The notes below the pieces were generated by a model. The model was not told the DNA's origin and ran no database searches. It saw only the letters and a program-made list of their open reading frames with translations. From contig CM041465.1 in NCBI GenBank assembly GCA_023213395.1, positions 104,105,741-104,169,740 of the forward strand: 64,000 bases of DNA, in the 5' to 3' direction. Source of the DNA: Cycas panzhihuaensis. Its lineage: Eukaryota > Plantae > Cycadophyta. Below are positions 50,501 through 64,000 of this stretch, piece after piece; within the stretch, counting starts at the first letter, position 1; each line of letters begins with the position of its first letter. A program made the position numbers and the translations under genes.

Positions 50501-50794
50501 GGGATCACATTATTAGGGTTGTTTAGGTCATGTATGGGAATATGTTTGGGTATATCTATAGATACATACAACTAAAAATCATTCATGATTAAGAGGTATT
50601 TGAAATATTTTTTTAAAGCCAAAATATTATTGCTTCCTGATAGTTTAATTGTATTTGAAATCAACATTTGAGTTGCCATTGTGTACTATTTTCCTAGTTG
50701 GCTATTAAGACCAAATTTTGGAGTTTTAATATCTCTAAGAATCCCTTGGTTACTATTCTATTTAGTGAAATCTACCTATAAATGGAAGTTTAGG

Positions 50795-50859
<65 letters not shown>

Positions 50860-51198
50860 GATAGATAGATATATACACGTGAGTAAGTTAATCTCTATAT
50901 AACTCAGTATATAAGCACATAAGGCTTAATTAACCCCTTAACACTGTGAATCCACCTGCATTAGATTTATGGCAAGTGATAAATCTAGTGAAGTACTATA
51001 ACTAAGGCACTCACCTTTTCTGGGTCTAGCTTAGTCTCTAAATACTAAAAGAAGGTTTGACACCTCAATCTGTTACTTAATATACCTTATAATAAATTTC
51101 CCTCTAACCTACTTGTCCAAGTGGATACAAATCACATGTGTAGGAGTGATAACTTCAAGGGTCATAATCATTCCTCTTGTAGGATTGGTAGTCTAACA
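47531..51198 (-). mobile_element. Truncated minus-strand copia (putative LTR 50737-51198, gag-protease-integrase-RT start)
   Basis: ATG at ~50680 (MATQMLISNTIKLSGSNN); CLYYDKPGH knuckle; IDFGTTHHM; YFITFINDYS; KDNGGECTS; GIDYNKTFAP; QMNVNSDFLNGDLSEEV ending at ~47535; decayed PBS at ~50722-50734. Confidence 0.85.
50797..50875. repeat. (CT)n(AT)n(AGAT)n compound microsatellite
   Basis: Direct reading. Confidence 0.95.
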
Positions 51199-52719
51199 AT
51201 TTAATTTGAGAATTATCTTATTTTATGTTTTGAGTTTAAATTCATTTTTAGTGTGGTCTTATTAATTAATAGGAATATAAATTTTAATGATTAAATGTAG
51301 GAGATATTAATTAACAAAGGTAGCAAAAAAATAACAAAAGAAAGGATTTAGAGTGCTTAATTAGGAAGTGATCACTATTAAAAGGTGAAAAGTAACCTTC
51401 CTTGAATAAGAAAAGCACCTAAAACCATAAAGAAACATATATTATCTTAGAAAATGAGTGAAAAATGCTTCTCAAGTGATGAAGAAAAATGTTAGTAGCT
51501 AAAAAATCCTCTTTTAAAATATGTTTAAAGCCTTTAATTGATGAAAATTTAGCTTTAAACAAGCAATTATAAGTAGATAAAAGAAGAGGATTAATGTATC
51601 TTGAAATGTACCCAAAATTAACCAAATCTGAGCCCAAGCTATAAGGATTTGAGTCAGGATTCTAATGGTTTAGATAGTTTGGAAAACAAACACCTAGTTG
51701 AGAAGATATTGCAAAAATAGTGCAAAGACCTCCTTATGAGTCAAAAACTGAATTAGGGTGGGCTTTAGCCCCTTACAAAGTGTATCCCCTAATCATATTT
51801 AAGTTGTATGTAACCATCTACTTAACCAAAGGGGGCTCTATGGATTTCAATAGAAATTTCAATTCAGTTAAATTTAAGAAAAACTTTGTAAAAATATATA
51901 TATGTCTATGTTAAAAATATTGAAGATGCATGACTAATAATTCAATGTCCTATTGTGATAAATTTCTATGAAAATTGATAAAAGCTACAATTGTATTGAT
52001 GATCTCACTTGGGTAAGCAAAGGAAGCTTGGATCTTGAATACAAATGGTTGGGTGGGTGCATTTTTGTTGCATTGATGATCAATCTCTATGACTATACCT
52101 AGGGTGCCACTATCATGCACTTGTTGAAAGTAATCTGCAACTTTAAACTATCGAGGCTAAATCCTTTTCCAGTACACACAATGAGCATAGGTTTTTAATG
52201 TGATAACTCAGGAAACTCATCACAAAGCTTACAACACTCCTTCCACGAGTGGTCATCACATAGGCACAATACGAACATATAGTTATATCTAGTACCCATG
52301 CAAAGACTTAAATAATTATCTATGAGCTACAATCTTTCCTGCATGGGTGGCTCATCTCTTCACACCAAAAGTTACATAAGTGTTGTACATAGGTCACCTT
52401 TCTCCTTCCATGACAATCCACAAAGAATGCATGCTATGTAGAGCAATTATGCTAACAACAACCTTTAAATGACTCCTCAATTGAGATAGACAATTTGAAT
52501 TGATAAGAAAGTTGATCCATTATAGGGATTGTTTGATCTACGATGGTTAACCATGGGTAGAGCATGTCACACTTCATGTAGGACAACTTCTTAACAATTG
52601 AAACATATGCGAATAGCCTTAGAAGGGGACCAAATAGATTGAATAATTCTGATGTATATACAAAATAGATTTGAACATATTTGAATGATATATAAATGGG
52701 GTTCTGTTTTCACAATGGA

Positions 52720-53790
52720 ACCAAATGATTCTTTCTTAACATGATAAACCTATAACAGATGAGTGAATTCAAGAGAAATAAGTCTAATACCAATTTATAC
52801 ATTTAGATGTGTAACAATATAATTACCATTGTTGTTCTTTATGTTGATTTGCCAATCACTCAAAATAATGATGAAGGGGTCTGTTATCTCCAATAGGAAC
52901 TTAAAATCAATTTCAAGATGATTAACCTTGGACTGCTCCACTATTTCCTTGGCATTGAAGTTTGGAAAGAATAAGGATATATTTTCTTGTCACAATCTAA
53001 ATATGTGAATGAGTTCATACAACATTTTAGAATGAGTGATTGTAAACCTTCACCTACACCTATGCAGACTAGAACCAAGACGAACAATGATGAATAAGAC
53101 AAACTTATTGATCCTACTCTTTATAGATAACTTGTGGGGAGTTTGATTTATCTTACTCATACTCACCCTGATATGTCATATATAGTTGGGATTTGCTCTA
53201 TGTATGAGTCTTAGCCTAAGATGTCGCATTGGAAAGCCACAATCATAATCCTTAAGTACATTTGTAATACCTTATAGCATGGACTAGACTATAGCTAAGC
53301 TAAAACTCTTACTTTAAAAGGATTCACCGATGTAGACTGGGTCAGTTGCTAGGATTCTCACTATTCTACTTTAGGAAATTATTTTAACCTAAACTCAATT
53401 ATTATTTCTTAGAGCTATGAGAAATAACCTAATATTACTCTATCCTCTACTAAAGTAGAATATAAAGAAGTTGCTCATATAGCTACTAAGGCAATCTGGC
53501 TACATAGGATTCTTACTGAACTTGGTCTTCAATAGACTCATGTAACTCTCACATATTGTGATGATCACAGTGTATTGAAGATGACCAAGAATCTTATTTT
53601 CTATGTATATACAAAACACATCGTGGTCCATCATCATTTCATCTGTGAACATGTGTAACATGGAGAAATTGATCTTGTATACAAACTAACTGAAGACCAA
53701 ATTATAAATATCTTCACCAATGCATTTGGTAAACCAAAGTTTCAAAAGTTTTAGGATGACCTTAATGTCAAAATGAATGAAACTATCATT
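52720..53790 (+). pseudogene. Copia RT C-terminal half plus RNase H
   Basis: IVVLYVD, MINLGLLHYFLGIEV, LVGSLIYLTHTHPD, GFTDVDW, SSTKVEYK, TKHIVVHHHFICEH, IFTNAFGK. Confidence 0.92.
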
Positions 53791-54633
53791 AAGAAAGGAT
53801 GTTAAAATATAATGATACTGTGTTTTACGTTTATGTAATTATGAATTAAGTCATCACTTAACATTGTATTCCTAGTTGAGGGTCACCACCCCACCTTTGC
53901 CTTATAACCATTCAATGAGATATGTTTGATATGAGGCCCAATCAAATATAAGCATGTGAGGTCTAACCACATTCACCATTTGTAAAGTGTGATACATAGA
54001 GCCCTCTATAAATTAAGGAATATAACATTAAGTGATAATATAATTTATAATTACATAAAAGTATTAAAACGCATCATCATATTTTAATATCCTCCCTTAA
54101 TGATAGTTACATTAATTCTGACGCCAAGGTCATGCTGAAATTATTCATCCTTTGATCCCAATTTGTACATTTAGATTTGCAATAATCTAATTACCATTAT
54201 TGTGGATCTAAATGCACAAATTAGAATCAAAAGATAAATAGTTTCAGCATGACCTTTGCATCAAAATTAATGAAGTTGTCATTAGGGGAGGATGTCAAAA
54301 TATAATAACACTTTCTTATGCTTTTATGTACTTATAAATTAAGTCATCACTTAGTGTTCACTCCTTAATTTATAAAGGGCTCTATGTCTCACACTTTACA
54401 AATGGTAAATGTGGATTAGACCCCTTATGATCATGCTTGATTAGGCCTCATATTAGATGCATCTCATTAGATGGTTATGAGGAAAATGTAGGGTGATGAC
54501 CCTTAACTAGAAATACAACACTAAGTGATGACTTAATTTATAATTACATAAAAGTCAAGAAGACATCATCATATTTTAATGTCCTCCCTTAATGAAAACT
54601 TCATTAACTATGACATTAAGGTTGTGCCAAAAT
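53747..54633. repeat. ~890 bp imperfect palindrome with a 9 nt loop
   Basis: Arms 53747-54186 and 54196-54633 are reverse complements around ctaattacc (54187-54195). Confidence 0.9.
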
Positions 54634-56154
54634 TATTCATCCTTTGATCCCAATTTGTACATTCAGATCCACATATCTACATTTATGGAATGATCTTTAA
54701 TGAGAGTTTAAATGCTATCAAAATTTTGTATCAGACATGAACTAATTAGATTCTTTATTATCTTGGATTAGAGCCAATTTCTAACCCTCCTCATATGATG
54801 TTCATTAAAAGTGTGCATGATATATTTTGATGAGTGTATTTGTTTGATATAAGAGAGTTAAGAGCCTATTTTCTATAATTAGATTAATTCTAATTTTATC
54901 ACATCCATCTTTTTCCTTAAAGAATTTGTATGGTCAAATAAACACTTCACAAATTCTCATTCTAGTCAGAATTCAAACTTCATCCTTTCTTTTTATACCT
55001 CCAAAGTTGTGGTTGATTACCATTCAAATTTCCACTTCTTCCATTTCTTTTTTTGCTAAATAATCATCGATTCAAGACTTGTATGATCAACTCTTTTACA
55101 AACCCCCAAAATTCCATGATAACATCTCCCATAAAATTCCTTAGTATTCCAATTACCTCAAATTCTATAATCCATTCCATTAGAGGATGAAATGTGCCAA
55201 TACAAAGCAAGATCAATACAAGGTATATGAGGCACCTAACAAGCTCTGGGATCCCTTCAACATAGGACAAGTCAACATGTACTTGGATTTAAGAATGAGA
55301 ATCAGTAAATTCAGAACATTCCTCTACAAAATCTAACAAAAGCCACAAGATAGGACCTAATCTTTACAATACATAAGACTTAATAGGTGGTGGCTAGAAG
55401 AATTGGTCAAGTTGAATAAAGCTAGGTGACAAGTAATTTCCAATACTTCGAGGGCAAAGTATAATTTTAAGGGGAGGGGAATTGTGACATTCTCAAAATA
55501 AAGAAGAAGTCAATTTTTTATAGAGGGGATTATTATTAGGAAGTCAGTTTTTAAGAAGATTAAAGAATGAATCATTTAATATAGTTTATTATGAAGTTGA
55601 TTTTTTAGAGAAAGAATTAGGAGTTGGTTTTTGAGAGAGAAAATAAAGGATATAAACAAAAAAGCCTTGATCATTTGTAAAATGAATCTTTAAGGAGTTA
55701 TTATACTTGGGATAATGGCCTCATGCCATTAGGGCACATTCGTTCCATTTGGAGGACTATTCTTGCTTCAAAGAGGGCTATAACTTTTAAATATTATATT
55801 AAGTTTTACTATTAATTTATTATCGTTTCTTTACTATTATTTATCAATATATAGATGTTATTTTACATGCATGGATGAACTATGAATTATATTCTATGAA
55901 GAAATTACTATTTCAAAAATTAAATCATACTTTACCATATTTCGAGCATTAAAAAATGAATGAAGTTATAAAGATATTGTAATAAGCATTTTAGATTGCC
56001 ATAACAACAACCAAAGCAAATTATCTAAACTTAGTTCACAGACTCCTTCCTATCCTAACATTTAGTTATAAGTCTGAAAGTCTTTTAGCTATAAGTCCAA
56101 AATTCTTCATTATATATATAAAAAAAGAGAGAGACAAGAAAAATTACACATAGG

Positions 56155-58678
56155 TGTAATAAAAATATAACAATAATTATGCAAAATAATATAAATAAAG
56201 AGATCACATAAACATGTACTATGAAAATATACAATAAAATTGGTGGAAGAATATACATCCCTCAAAGGGTTTTATTAGATGTTAAGTACATATATAGTTA
56301 TAATGACCTCTTTTTGGACCAATCGCAACATTGAAGCTTTTATAACAACCTATGAACATTAGCATAACTCTTAATACAACCCACCTATTAAGAGTGCTTC
56401 AAACATATGCATCTCTTGGTTAACATGAGAGATAGTTATCATATGAATTTAATTTTATGTCCCAATAATATCTCCCATAAGATTTAGTTCATGTTATAAG
56501 TTGACATCCATATGAAGAGACAACCATTTATCGGTGCATGAGTAACCAACCATTGTACTTACTAGTACTTTAGGATGCTCTTTGAATATATGGTTCATTA
56601 ATTTCTCCATCAAAGTGTGCTTCTCTTGTGCATGCTCATCTTTAGCTCCAAACCTAAGGAAAGAACATAGGATATTCAACAAGTTTTCACTTATAATCCA
56701 TTCACACAAATATACATAAACTCTACAAATAACCATTACAATCATCAGAAATATTCTTGAATATGAACCCAACATGTGGTCCATCCAAAACATACTTACA
56801 CCACAATGTGACAAGTTTTAACACTTTGACCATGCACATCTTATAGGTTTTCATCAAAATGATGTTAAACACATGCAAAATAATCTATGATTAAAACTTT
56901 GCCCAAAAAGAACCCTTTTTATAATGCTTCAACATGTAAGCATCGAGTTCTCTAATTATAATCTCCTTTATAGAAAACTCAAGAGGGGTTATGCAACCAC
57001 TTATTTCATTTGTGTCAAAGTAAAGAATCCAATGCAATAGATGACACTTAAATCCAACACCCCAACAAAGAGATACAAAGGAAACACTACCAATAGGTTA
57101 TTAAAAAAAAAATAGAAAGACAAAAATAAAATTAAGGCCTTTCAAAAATAACTCTAGTCACATCATAACTACCATGTGACCACACCAAAATCTTCACAGA
57201 CAACATATAAAATGATTAAATTTCATAATACTAATATTAAAAAATATTAGATTATCAAAAAAATAAATGGTCATTCATCTCTTCACCACATGACTTGCAT
57301 ATGCATTATGGAACTTCCAATGATAGTGTCAATCAATTTTGATCAATCTAACCATTTTGAAGGAAATTGAAATGAAGCTATAAGGTTTGAAAGTGGATTA
57401 ATTTCTTTCCATTTACTAGAAATAGTCCTCAATGACCACCATAATCACCTAATAGGCTTCTAAAGTCACCCGTTATTATAATGAGGGTATAAAACCCCAA
57501 ACCAACACTAAGTAGAGATTTTAATGAACCATCTTATTCTCTTACAATGTTGAATAACTCTCCACAATGTTTCCAACATGCCCAACAGGCTACCAAACCC
57601 TTAACATTGGGCTAAACAGTAATATGCAACACCCAACATGTAAGCAAGTTATAAAGCAACATGTAATCAATGCCCAATTGTAGTTAACAACTCAAATCTA
57701 GCATGAAACAATCCTGGGCACAAGCTATAAATACATATGAGTAGCCCAACAATGTAGCATAAGCATCCGACCTCAATAATTCAAATTCACACCTCCCTTT
57801 TCAGCTCTGGATAAGAAATGGAGAGATTTTCATCAACTACAATTGACCATACCACTTTTCATCATTTCCCAACAATTCTAAATAGGGATCCTTCTTTGCA
57901 TGAACCAACAATTGTTTCAATAAATAAACAAGGATCCCTTCACAACAACAACTTCTCACAAGTAGGTTCTAAAATAATTTGGCATACTTCAAATCTTTAA
58001 GAATTTGATCTTTAACATTGTATAACACACTTGCTCCCATGCTAGCAAACTTCGACAATTAAATAAGGATGTCACCATTGTTGTCAACAACTTTACACCC
58101 TTTATAACAACCAAAAAACTTAACATGCAATAGGTGCTCATCCTACATGTAGGTATCCATAAGCATCATGTCTTTATCCTTCTAAATTAAATAATGACTT
58201 TGGTTCTAGGGATCCTCCATAACTGGATCTTCTTCATGTTCAACAATATATTGTCATACATAATAATAATACATATCTACAAAATAGGTTCAAACCAATG
58301 ACATAGTTTTGAAAAAGTCTTAAACATAGGCTCCACGTATATAAACTTAGAGCTTTGATATCACATGTAATAAAAATATAACAATAACTATGCAAAAGTT
58401 CATAAACAAAGAGATCACATAAGCATTTACTATGAAAATATGCAACATGATTACTAGAAGAATATACATTACTTAAAGGGTTGCATTAGATGATAAGTAC
58501 ATGTATAGTTACAACAACCTCTTTGTGGGCCAATCACAACATTGGAACCTTCATAATAACTTATAAACATTAGCATAACTCTTATTGCAACCCACCTATT
58601 AAGTATGCCTCAAACATATGCATCTCTTGGTCAATATGAGGGATAGATATCAAATGAATTTAATATTACATCCTAACA
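56155..58678 (-). mobile_element. Non-autonomous copia-derived LTR element
   Basis: 313 bp LTRs 56155-56467 and 58366-58678; TSD ATAGG; PBS rc gctttgatatca at ~58352-58363; RT remnant LHMDVN. Confidence 0.93.
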
Positions 58679-59200
58679 ATAGGGCCATCTCTATATTCTG
58701 TAGGGTTACCTCTATAGAAATTAATTTTTTGGCCCTAAAACATATACCAATGACCAAGACATAAGGGAAAGAAAAAAAAAAAATCACAGCTCAAATTTTC
58801 TCTTTGCTTTTTATATATCTTATTTTAATAAATTCTTCTTGTTGGTCATTTTTCACTAGATTAATTTTAGCCTAAAATTTAGGGGTAAAATGATATATAG
58901 ACATCTTTTAAGCCCTATAGGCCAATTTTAAGCACTTAAAATTCACCTACATCATTTCAACAACCTTGTCATACTTGTTTTAGTATATTAGGTGAATTTA
59001 TTATAAATTTTTTAGGGTCAGACTATAGACACCCCCCCTCCCTTCCCTCCCTAACCCCCCTTCCCCCATCTATGCCACTTCTTGGTTCTTCAATCTTGTT
59101 CTATCTACTTACTTTTCCCTTTTCATGAATACTTTTTTTTTGCTCTACCCCTCTTCTTTGAATTCTCTTTTCTTCTTTCTATAGTAGTAGATCTCATCTC

Positions 59201-62200
59201 AATGGCACCCATAAAATTAGATCAAATCCAAGCACTAAAGGTTTAATTTATAGAATAAAGTCTTCTCAATGGAAACTACTTGATCAACAAGAACTTATTG
59301 ATGTGTATATTTTTGGGCTTAAGGATCACATTCAAATGTGCCTAAAGGTTGCCATCCTATACAACTTAAGAGATGTTATTTCTATGACAAAAGTAGTCAA
59401 GGCTAAATTCCTTATGGAATACTTAACTACTTCCTAACATGATTCTATATGGTATTAGCATCATTGTCCCTTAGACCAACATGATCAATATATCAAACCA
59501 GGTGAGATACAATGTTCGACAATGGACCCTCCTATGGGGCTAGTATATATACCATCAATGGAAGCAAACATGCATATGAAAGCTAGCCTATGTGTCAAAT
59601 GCTTAGAACAATAGGATGATAGTCATGAGAGAGTATGCAAAGAAAAATAGATCATTTTCACTATTAACTTTGCATTATAAGAAGATTTTGACATTAAAAA
59701 TAAACTTGATAATGAGCCTCTCCAAGAATCTTCCTCCCTTGACCTCCAAATTGAAGTCTCTTTATCAATTGTCTTCTTAACATCTTGTCTAGAGCCACTT
59801 CGAGCGAAAGGCGCCCTTTGAAAAGCACCCATCTTAATTTTGATCAATGGTGACATGCCACTAAACTTAATTGACATATCCTTAGCTCACTAATTCAACC
59901 CTTATATTATGCCCAAGACTGGATTTAAATGTTCCTTCCTAGGTTATCAAACTTTACAATATGCTAGAATAATAGAAAACCTCCATGTTTAGATTCGCAC
60001 CTGTTACCTAATCTCAAGTTTATATGCTTTATGCATAGGAGGATTTGATGCTATTCTTGGGGTCCAATGGCTCCAAACTCTTGGTATGTATAGCATGAAT
60101 AATTCACCTAATAATCCTTTCATATTATTTAAGGGTAATATAGGTCAAATGCATGAACTTCATGGTATTCAATTGACCCATAATAAACATGTATCTCTAA
60201 ATCAAATGCATAAGTATTTGAATAATAGTGTTAGATGCATAGTATGCATGGACAACATTCAAGCCCATACTTAACATCCACCCCGATATACAAAATTTTC
60301 TCAAATAAATACTAATCTATATTCGACCCCTTCTGACCAACCCTCCCCCAGACCAAGGTTTTCATACTCAATTAAACTCAAATCACCTCATGACCCCATT
60401 AGCCTTTGCCCTTACCAAAATAATTAAAAAGAAAATCATAAAAATTATTAATTAATTAATTGTCATGGGTATCATCCAGCTTGATAAAAGGCCCTACACT
60501 ACTCCTATTATCTTGGTTTAGAAAAAGGATGGGTCTTTTAGCATTCCCAAAATTAAAAAAGGAAAGAGAAATTATTATTATGAAGTCAGTTTTTAGGAGA
60601 ATTAAGGGAAGAATCATTTATTTATATTTTATTTTGAAGTTAGTTTTTTAGAGGGAAAATATGAGTTAGGATTTTAAAGGTTATAAATAAATGAGCCTAC
60701 CTTATTTGTCAAAAAGTCTTGGAGAATTTTATTATGCTTGGTATAATGGCTTTATGTCATTAGGGCCTCATCCCTCTTGGGATTATGCCTACCTCAAAGA
60801 GGGTTACTACTACTGGACAATTGTATTAGGTACTATTATATTGTTATTATTATTTTTTATTTACATATGCTACTATTATCAATGTATAAATGATATATAT
60901 CTATGTTAAATCATGTTTTATGAGGATTTACTTCTATAATTTATATTCTATTTGTTGTAGATGTATAAAAATATTTACAAGTACTACTGTAATCTACTAG
61001 TATTATTATTTGGAGAAATGTTATCGGTGGTTAATGAATATAATTATTTTGTTATCTACTAGTAATATTGCTTCTACCTATTATTTTTCTATTGGTCCTA
61101 CTAAAATTGGTATTAGAGTTAGTTATTGTACATACAAAACCAAGGAACAATCTACTATAAGGATTAAAATTTTCAAAAATCTTGTCCTAACTCAAAGCAT
61201 TAATCAACTATTATATTATGGTCAATTATCTATAACTCCCTCGAATTCTCTTCTATAGTGTATACACTAATCATAAAGGGTTCCTCAAACTTGTAATTAA
61301 TAGCAAGGAGCTTAATCAATGTTAGTTTAGATTGGATTAACCAACCAAAGTTATTGTTGCTAACTCAAAGGTCCATAATTCACTATTAAGAGGCTCTATG
61401 AGTTACATATATTCTGGCTTAATTTTATAAAGGAACATATTATTTTCAATAGGACATTACAATTCACTTAGTAGTCCATCTATATAGGGAGGAAGTCTAG
61501 GGTTCTATATCGTTACTTATTGACAATCATTATAGAGGGTTTAGGCTAGGTAACTCACATTGATGAAGATGGAATCATCTAAAAGAGAAGGAAGGCATGT
61601 CGACCTAGGGATGACCATAGATGTCAAGAGTGAAATCCATTGTGATCTTGCCATAGTAGAGTTTACACTATTTGGCATAAGGATGAGAGGAATAAAAGAG
61701 GCCTAGCATGCATGGAGGATATAATTCACTGCCTAGAAGTCATGCAATAGAAGAAGAAAGAAAAATGAAGTTAGTTAGTAGGTATTAATAGTTGTAGGTC
61801 CATGAAGCTCCCTCTTTGAATCATATTACATTAGGAATAAAAAAAGCATGAGCAAGTAAGTGTGGTGATACAAGCCATTAGTCCTTATAATTATCATGAA
61901 CTACAAAGACCCACACAAATATCTAAAGGTCTTCTCCCTCAAAAGGCATAATTATCATCATTGTCAGTTGTGAAAATCTCAAGCGAGCAAGGGTAGCTGT
62001 GAATGAATATATCTCTTCGAGAGGCATCATCCTCATTATCATTGACTGAGAGCTCATATGAGTGAACTATTAAGAATTATGGCCACCATCGATGTACAAG
62101 GCACATATATAAATAAAGAGTATTACAAAACTTAGGGATATATGTTTTCATAAAGTTTTATAAAATTTAATTATATTTAATTTTTTTGTTAGAGTCTGCC

Positions 62201-64000
62201 CTTTTACGATCACATGGTGACCTTTTGTGACCTAGGGTTTAGCCCAAAAAAGAGGGCCTAAACCCTTTTATTAATTTATATTTTTCTTTTTTTTTAAGTT
62301 CATGTCTTTAAAGGGGATGCCTAGATGCTTTTATCTATAACTCTAATTACAGGTACTAGATTGAAGTGTTGTCTAAACCATTGGATTTCTAATTTAGAGA
62401 CGACTATTACGAGTGGCCATATATGATAGTTCTAATTAATAGATGATATATATTTTAATTGATAAAATTATAGCTCTTGTTGACCAAGGAATTTTCTTTT
62501 ACATAAAATAATTATTTGAACCATTCGAGATGGTTAACAAAGTACAGATCTCATTAGGAAAATGGGATACCGATGGAGAAATTAATGTGCCATAATAGAC
62601 AAAGATGATATACAACTATTTTAACTTTCATTGGATGCCAAAAGGAGAAAAGGTTTTATTTGCATTCTAGTATTTAAATGGGGATGCAACTATATCGTTC
62701 ATTGGTTTTTGTAATGTCTACAAGTACTCAAAGTATTTTAAGTGGCCATTCCATATAAAAATAAAATACAAAAACACATGACAAGACTAGGACAAGACAT
62801 CTAAAGTACCTCATAGGTCCTAAGATCCTTCTGATATAGAATAAGATACAACATGTATCTAGCCTTAGGAATAAGCATCAACAATTCAAGATGTTTGCCA
62901 ACAAAGTTCTATAGAAGATGTAAGATCAGACCAAATATTAATAACATATAGGATCTAGTAGGTGGTGGTTAGAAGATTAGACCAAGCTGCAAGTAATTCT
63001 CGATACTTTGAGGGCAAAGTATCATTTTATGGGGAGGCAAATTGTAGCATTCCCAAAATTATAAAAAGAAGTCAATTTTATAAGAGAAATTATTATTATG
63101 AAGTTAGTTTTTAGGAGAATTAAAGGAAGAATCATTTATTGATATTTTGTTTTAAAGTCAATTTTTTAGAGGGAAAATATGAGTTGGGTTTTTGAAGGCT
63201 ATAAATAGAAGAGCCTTCCTCATTTATAAGAAATTCTTAAAGAATTCTATTATGCTTGGTATATTAGCTTCATGCCATTAGGACCTCATTCTTGTTGGAG
63301 GATTGTACTTGCCTCAAAGAGTATTGTTGTTGTTGGGCAATTATATCAGGTGTAATTATTCTATTATTATTATTCCTTCCTTATATATACTATAGTTATC
63401 AATGTATGAATGATATATATCTCTGCTAAATCATGTTTTATGAGGGTTTATTACTATAATTTATATTCTATTTACTATGAATGTATCAAAATATTATGAA
63501 GTACTATTATAATTAACTAGCATTATTATCTTGAGAAATATGATTGGTGGTGAATGACTATAAATATTTTGTTATATGATGGAAATATTAATTCTATCTA
63601 TTATTATTCTATTTGGCCCACTATAAGTCTTTCTTACTTTATATCGACTATTGTGAACTCAACAAAATCACAATTAGAAACAAATTCTTAACACCTAAAA
63701 TTGACATTATGCTTGACGAAATCCATGTGACCACCATCTTCTGTAAGTTAGACCTTTAATCAAGCTATTATCAAATTTCTATTGCCATCAAGGATCACTA
63801 TAAGATAATATTTTGGATATATCTTAGGCACTTTGAATTTCAAGTAATGCTCATTGGCCTTGATAATATCTTAGCTATGCTTTAGACCTTAATGAATCAT
63901 TTTTTTGCCCCATACCTCTAAAAATTTATTATTATTTTCTTCAATGATATTATTATTTATAGTTTAACTTTACATGATCACCTTCAATATTTAGAAGTTA
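59201..64000 (+). mobile_element. Decayed Ty3/gypsy gag-pol, interrupted at 60537-63625, running off the right edge
   Basis: Protease PILILING..LNLID and FDAILGVQWLQTLG; RT RKKDGS | YIDYCELNKITIRNKF, F.KLDL.SSYYQI, GHFEFQVM..GL, FFNDIIIYS. Confidence 0.88.
60537..63625 (+). mobile_element. Non-autonomous gypsy-derived LTR element inserted in the RT
   Basis: LTRs 60537-61104 and 63043-63625; TSD GGTCT/AGTCT; PBS tggtattagag at 61107; PPT ggggaggcaa before 63043. Confidence 0.9.

Larger units (their letters stand above)
47068..54901 (+). mobile_element. Rearranged Ty1/copia element
   Basis: 5' LTR 47068-~47518; 3' LTR 53800-54901, expanded by inverted duplications; TSD CATCT/CATCC; PPT before 53800; decayed PBS tagtaatagag at ~47520. 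Confidence 0.85.
44970..55960 (+). mobile_element. Non-autonomous gypsy-derived LTR element (same family as 60537-63625) carrying nested copia material
   Basis: LTR homology between 44970-~45296 and 55483-~55810; PPT aaggggaggggaa before 55483; internal 45790-46100 homologous to 62350-62750. Right boundary approximate. Confidence 0.75.

Noticed and set aside
51950-52650. Possible DNA-transposase fragment
   Set aside because: Trial translations gave no convincing hAT, MULE or CACTA motif.

Overview
Eukaryotic, plant-type repetitive DNA, probably from a large gymnosperm- or fern-like genome (inferred from element families and heavy C>T/G>A decay). I recognise no ordinary host gene, rRNA, tRNA or CRISPR array. 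From 6.5 to 64 kb it is a graveyard of nested, deaminated retroelements. These include a full-length Ty1/copia (17035-22343, TSD GTGAT), an L1-like LINE split by a CRM-like Ty3/gypsy chromovirus (27781-43850) that carries three further insertions, several non-autonomous LTR elements with TSDs, and further copia and gypsy relics. The first 6.3 kb is different: GC- and CpG-rich. It holds a head-to-head gene pair. One is a frameshifted plant-mobile-domain (PMD) gene on the minus strand with a TATA box, a 5'-UTR intron and a coding intron. The other is an intact stand-alone archaeal-type RNase H ORF on the plus strand with its own 5'-UTR intron. A ~2.5 kb LTR-like repeat follows and recurs inverted at 36142-38854. 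The best reading is the accessory 3' cassette of a Tat-like gypsy element in which RNase H is an independent gene. Other oddities are an ~890 bp palindrome of four alternating PPT/LTR copies (53747-54633), triplicated primer-binding sites, and GC-rich triple hairpins in the copia LTRs. All coordinates were read by eye; no database search was run.
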